In this document: positions 61,638-64,000 of the stretch, one piece after another
Numbering within the stretch: the first letter of the stretch is position 1
Layout of the letters: each line of letters opens with the position of its first letter
From: Nitrospirota bacterium
GTDB lineage: Bacteria; Nitrospirota; UBA9217
Length of the DNA: 64,000 bases
NCBI GenBank assembly: GCA_963663225.1
Contig: OY760142.1
Coordinates: 1,824,001 to 1,888,000 of the forward strand
Reading direction: 5' to 3'
Made by a program: the position numbers and the translations under genes
Notes under the pieces: generated by a model
Seen by the model: the letters and a program-made list of their open reading frames with translations, nothing else
Databases searched by the model: none
Told to the model about the DNA's origin: nothing

Positions 61638-62618
61638 ATGAAAAAAAACTTTTTTTCTCGATTATTTACCGGTATGCAATTCTTGTTTTTCGCACTGTCT
61701 TTAGCTGGATGCGGCGGTAGCAGCGGCAGTGATAACAGCTTCCTCAATATATATGCGGCAACGCAGGGTGGGTTGTCCATCTCGCTGGATGGTGGAGCAA
61801 CCTTTGTCAACCGGACAACCGCACATGGATTGGGCAATAACAGCATAGGGGGCGTAACTATATCGGGTTCCACGATCTACGCCGCAACCCAGGGCGGGTT
61901 GTCCATCTCGACCAACGGTGGTTCGGTTTTTACCAACCGAACAACCACGAACGGACTCGGGAGCAACATTGTGCACAATGTTTTTGTGTCAAATTCCATT
62001 ATTTACGCGGCGACTCTCGGCGGGCTGTCCATCTCGACCAACGGCGGTACGACCTTTACCAACTATACAACAGCCAACGGTCTGGGAAATAACGAAGTCC
62101 AAAGTGTTTTTGTGTCTGGGGCAGCTGTTTACGCGGCGACTGATGAAGGTTTATCCATCTCGACCAATGGCGGCATGTCGTTTACCAACTATACAACAAC
62201 AAGCGGTCTGGGAAGTAATTATGTTTATGACGTTTATATCTCTGGTTCCACCATTTACGCGGCGACTGACGCCGGGCTGTCCATTGCAGCCAGCGGCAGC
62301 ACAACGTTTACCAATCACACAACTGGATTGGGCAGTAATTTGGTACATGGCGTTTTTGTGTCCGGTTCCTCCGTTTATGCGGCAACGTACGGCGGGCTGT
62401 CTATTTCCACGAACGACGGCACGACATTCACCAACTATACCACCGCAAACGGGTTGGGAAGCAATGTCGTGGAGAGTGTCTTTGTGTCCGGGTCAACTAT
62501 ATACGCGGCAACTACCGGCGGATTATCCATTTCTACGAACGGCGGTACGACATTCACAAACTACACCACTGCTAACGGATTAGGGAACAATATAGTATGG
62601 GAAATATATGCCCGATAG
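61638..62618 (+). CDS. Lipoprotein of seven ~42-aa repeats (beta-propeller)
   Basis: Lipobox LAGC; seven YAATxGGLSISTNGGxxFTNxTTxNGLGxN repeats. Confidence 0.88.
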   Translation: MKKNFFSRLFTGMQFLFFALSLAGCGGSSGSDNSFLNIYAATQGGLSISLDGGATFVNRTTAHGLGNNSIGGVTISGSTIYAATQGGLSISTNGGSVFTNRTTTNGLGSNIVHNVFVSNSIIYAATLGGLSISTNGGTTFTNYTTANGLGNNEVQSVFVSGAAVYAATDEGLSISTNGGMSFTNYTTTSGLGSNYVYDVYISGSTIYAATDAGLSIAASGSTTFTNHTTGLGSNLVHGVFVSGSSVYAATYGGLSISTNDGTTFTNYTTANGLGSNVVESVFVSGSTIYAATTGGLSISTNGGTTFTNYTTANGLGNNIVWEIYAR

Positions 62619-62790
62619 GTTGCCTCGATTTCCATAACAATATCCACATAAAACGCGTCAGCATCTACTATAATTATAGAAAGTAAAGCATGTCTGGAAT
62701 TGACATCCCGATTGGGGAAAGCTGCAGTAATTCTGCTGATTAAGCCGACAGGCAGGGAGCAGTTTCGCCTGCTCCTTGAGGGGGGGGAGG

Positions 62791-63030
62791 ATGGGAGATT
62801 GCCCGATGATAAGTGCGTGTATTTTTTTTAAAGATCAAATGACTTTGCTGCCGGATATAGTAATAGTCATGAAAGACAAATATTGCAGAAATAATTTTGA
62901 GTCTTGTGCGCGATATATCGTAAACACGGCACTGGGCAAAGGGAACGTGCCGAACACATTGTATCCGTTTGAAATCTCAAAAGTTGAAGGAATTATTGCT
63001 GATTCTAAAACAAAGCCTCCCCGCGAATAG
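62791..63030 (+). CDS. Small four-Cys protein
   Basis: G-rich RBS; C-x5-C...YC-x6-CARY. Confidence 0.65.
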   Translation: MGDCPMISACIFFKDQMTLLPDIVIVMKDKYCRNNFESCARYIVNTALGKGNVPNTLYPFEISKVEGIIADSKTKPPRE

Positions 63031-63043
63031 CAGATGAGCCCGA

Positions 63044-64000
63044 TCAGCTCTGGCAGGAGGTTTTTGCATAATCCGGAAACTTCCATGCATATATTTTTGC
63101 CGTCAGGGCGGCGAACGGCTGCTGAAAAAGCATGGCAAGCGCGATGGGGATGGCCGTCTCCGGGGGAAAGTAGCTGGTGGCAATGACAAGACCCATCGCG
63201 ATGTTTCTCATGCCGGCATTGTAGATGATCGAAAGAGTTGTCGGATGGTCGGTCCGGATTATTTTCCCCGCCGTGTATCCCACAAAATAGCCAATGGCCA
63301 CGATAAGGCCGGTAACAAGTAAAATCCTTACGATAAAAAAACTCCATATAATCGAGGTGGAAACAAACGCAGCATTCAGGAAGATGATGCCGAAAAGGGA
63401 AAAACGGGACAGAATGCCGCCGGCACCTTCGGCAAAAGGTGCAGTTTTTCCTTTTGATAAATCATGAGCCAGCATCCCGAGCAGGCTCGGCAGGGTGACC
63501 ATGATCAGCAAATCAATGATCATGGCGGTATAATCGATGCTGACGGAGACCCCGGCGATAAAAAAGATGAACACCGGCAGCAGGACCGGAGCGATCATGG
63601 TGTCCAGCGTGACCGTGACCAGCGAAACCGGGACGTTTCCTTTCACGATGGAGGTCCACACGACAGAGGTGACGCCCACCGGTATCGCGGCGCTGATCAG
63701 ATACCCGATCCGGATCAGGTGGTGATCGGAGAAAAAAAGAAGGCCTATTATCCAGGCGGTAAGGGGGGTCGCAACATGCACAACGCACAGAATATACAAG
63801 GGGATTTTCGGATTGCGGGAGATGGTGAAAAACTCACGAAGACTGATCCCGAGCGATGTGAAGAATGTCATGCAGGTGAACAGCGCAATAATAATATTTT
63901 TGAGAAACGGAGTCGGCGTGAGTGGGAAAAAATATCCGCACACAAGGATAAATAAAACGGACTGGAAAATATGCCGGTTGAGCCAGGTATTGGCTTTTTT
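63044..64000 (-). CDS. Bile acid:sodium symporter family protein, 5' end outside window
   Basis: PVGVTSVVWT...KGN, GMRNIAMG; frame open to the window edge. Confidence 0.88.
   Translation of the reverse strand, partial: KKANTWLNRHIFQSVLFILVCGYFFPLTPTPFLKNIIIALFTCMTFFTSLGISLREFFTISRNPKIPLYILCVVHVATPLTAWIIGLLFFSDHHLIRIGYLISAAIPVGVTSVVWTSIVKGNVPVSLVTVTLDTMIAPVLLPVFIFFIAGVSVSIDYTAMIIDLLIMVTLPSLLGMLAHDLSKGKTAPFAEGAGGILSRFSLFGIIFLNAAFVSTSIIWSFFIVRILLVTGLIVAIGYFVGYTAGKIIRTDHPTTLSIIYNAGMRNIAMGLVIATSYFPPETAIPIALAMLFQQPFAALTAKIYAWKFPDYAKTSCQS

Noticed and set aside
61740-62600. Regular ~126-nt repeats as a CRISPR array
   Set aside because: In-frame coding repeats with synonymous variation; no unique spacers or cas genes
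62780-62790. Poly-G tracts (also 28842-28849) as phase-variation switches
   Set aside because: Short (8 G) and coincide with ribosome-binding sites

Overview
Bacterial chromosomal window. Gene content and style suggest an anaerobic Nitrospirota/deltaproteobacteria-like organism (inference). In order: an AT-rich block of small minus-strand genes with a GNAT pseudogene; an ankyrin membrane protein, pal and cpoB; an OmpR/histidine-kinase pair next to two YtkA/FixH-like Met-rich proteins and a CusCBA-type metal efflux pump; scpA-scpB-MinD/ParA-like ATPase-J-like/HTH protein; a sigma28-preceded c-di-GMP cluster (HAMP-GGDEF-EAL, TonB receptor, ABC-type binding protein, HAMP-GGDEF-EAL); hemerythrin, an aminotransferase and a PLA2-like lipoprotein; NrdR-boxed class II ribonucleotide reductase; a highly structured ~165-nt leader RNA before a desulforedoxin-like/histone-H1-like fusion; ttcA; a stand-alone MshEN protein; a DUF1573 gene with an in-frame UGA at a Cys position followed by a SECIS-like hairpin (candidate selenoprotein); class V aminotransferase, serA, purA; tRNA-Lys and tRNA-Glu. 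tRNA-Glu is a tandem integration hotspot: one intact 9.4-kb element (integrase, excisionase, rolling-circle Rep, type III R-M) and at least two decayed elements with readable att, arm and IHF sites. After these come a sigma54-preceded orphan motAB, a PocR hybrid kinase, a 7-repeat beta-propeller lipoprotein and a partial bile acid:sodium symporter. No CRISPR array or rRNA was seen. All family assignments are from motif recognition by eye; no database was searched.
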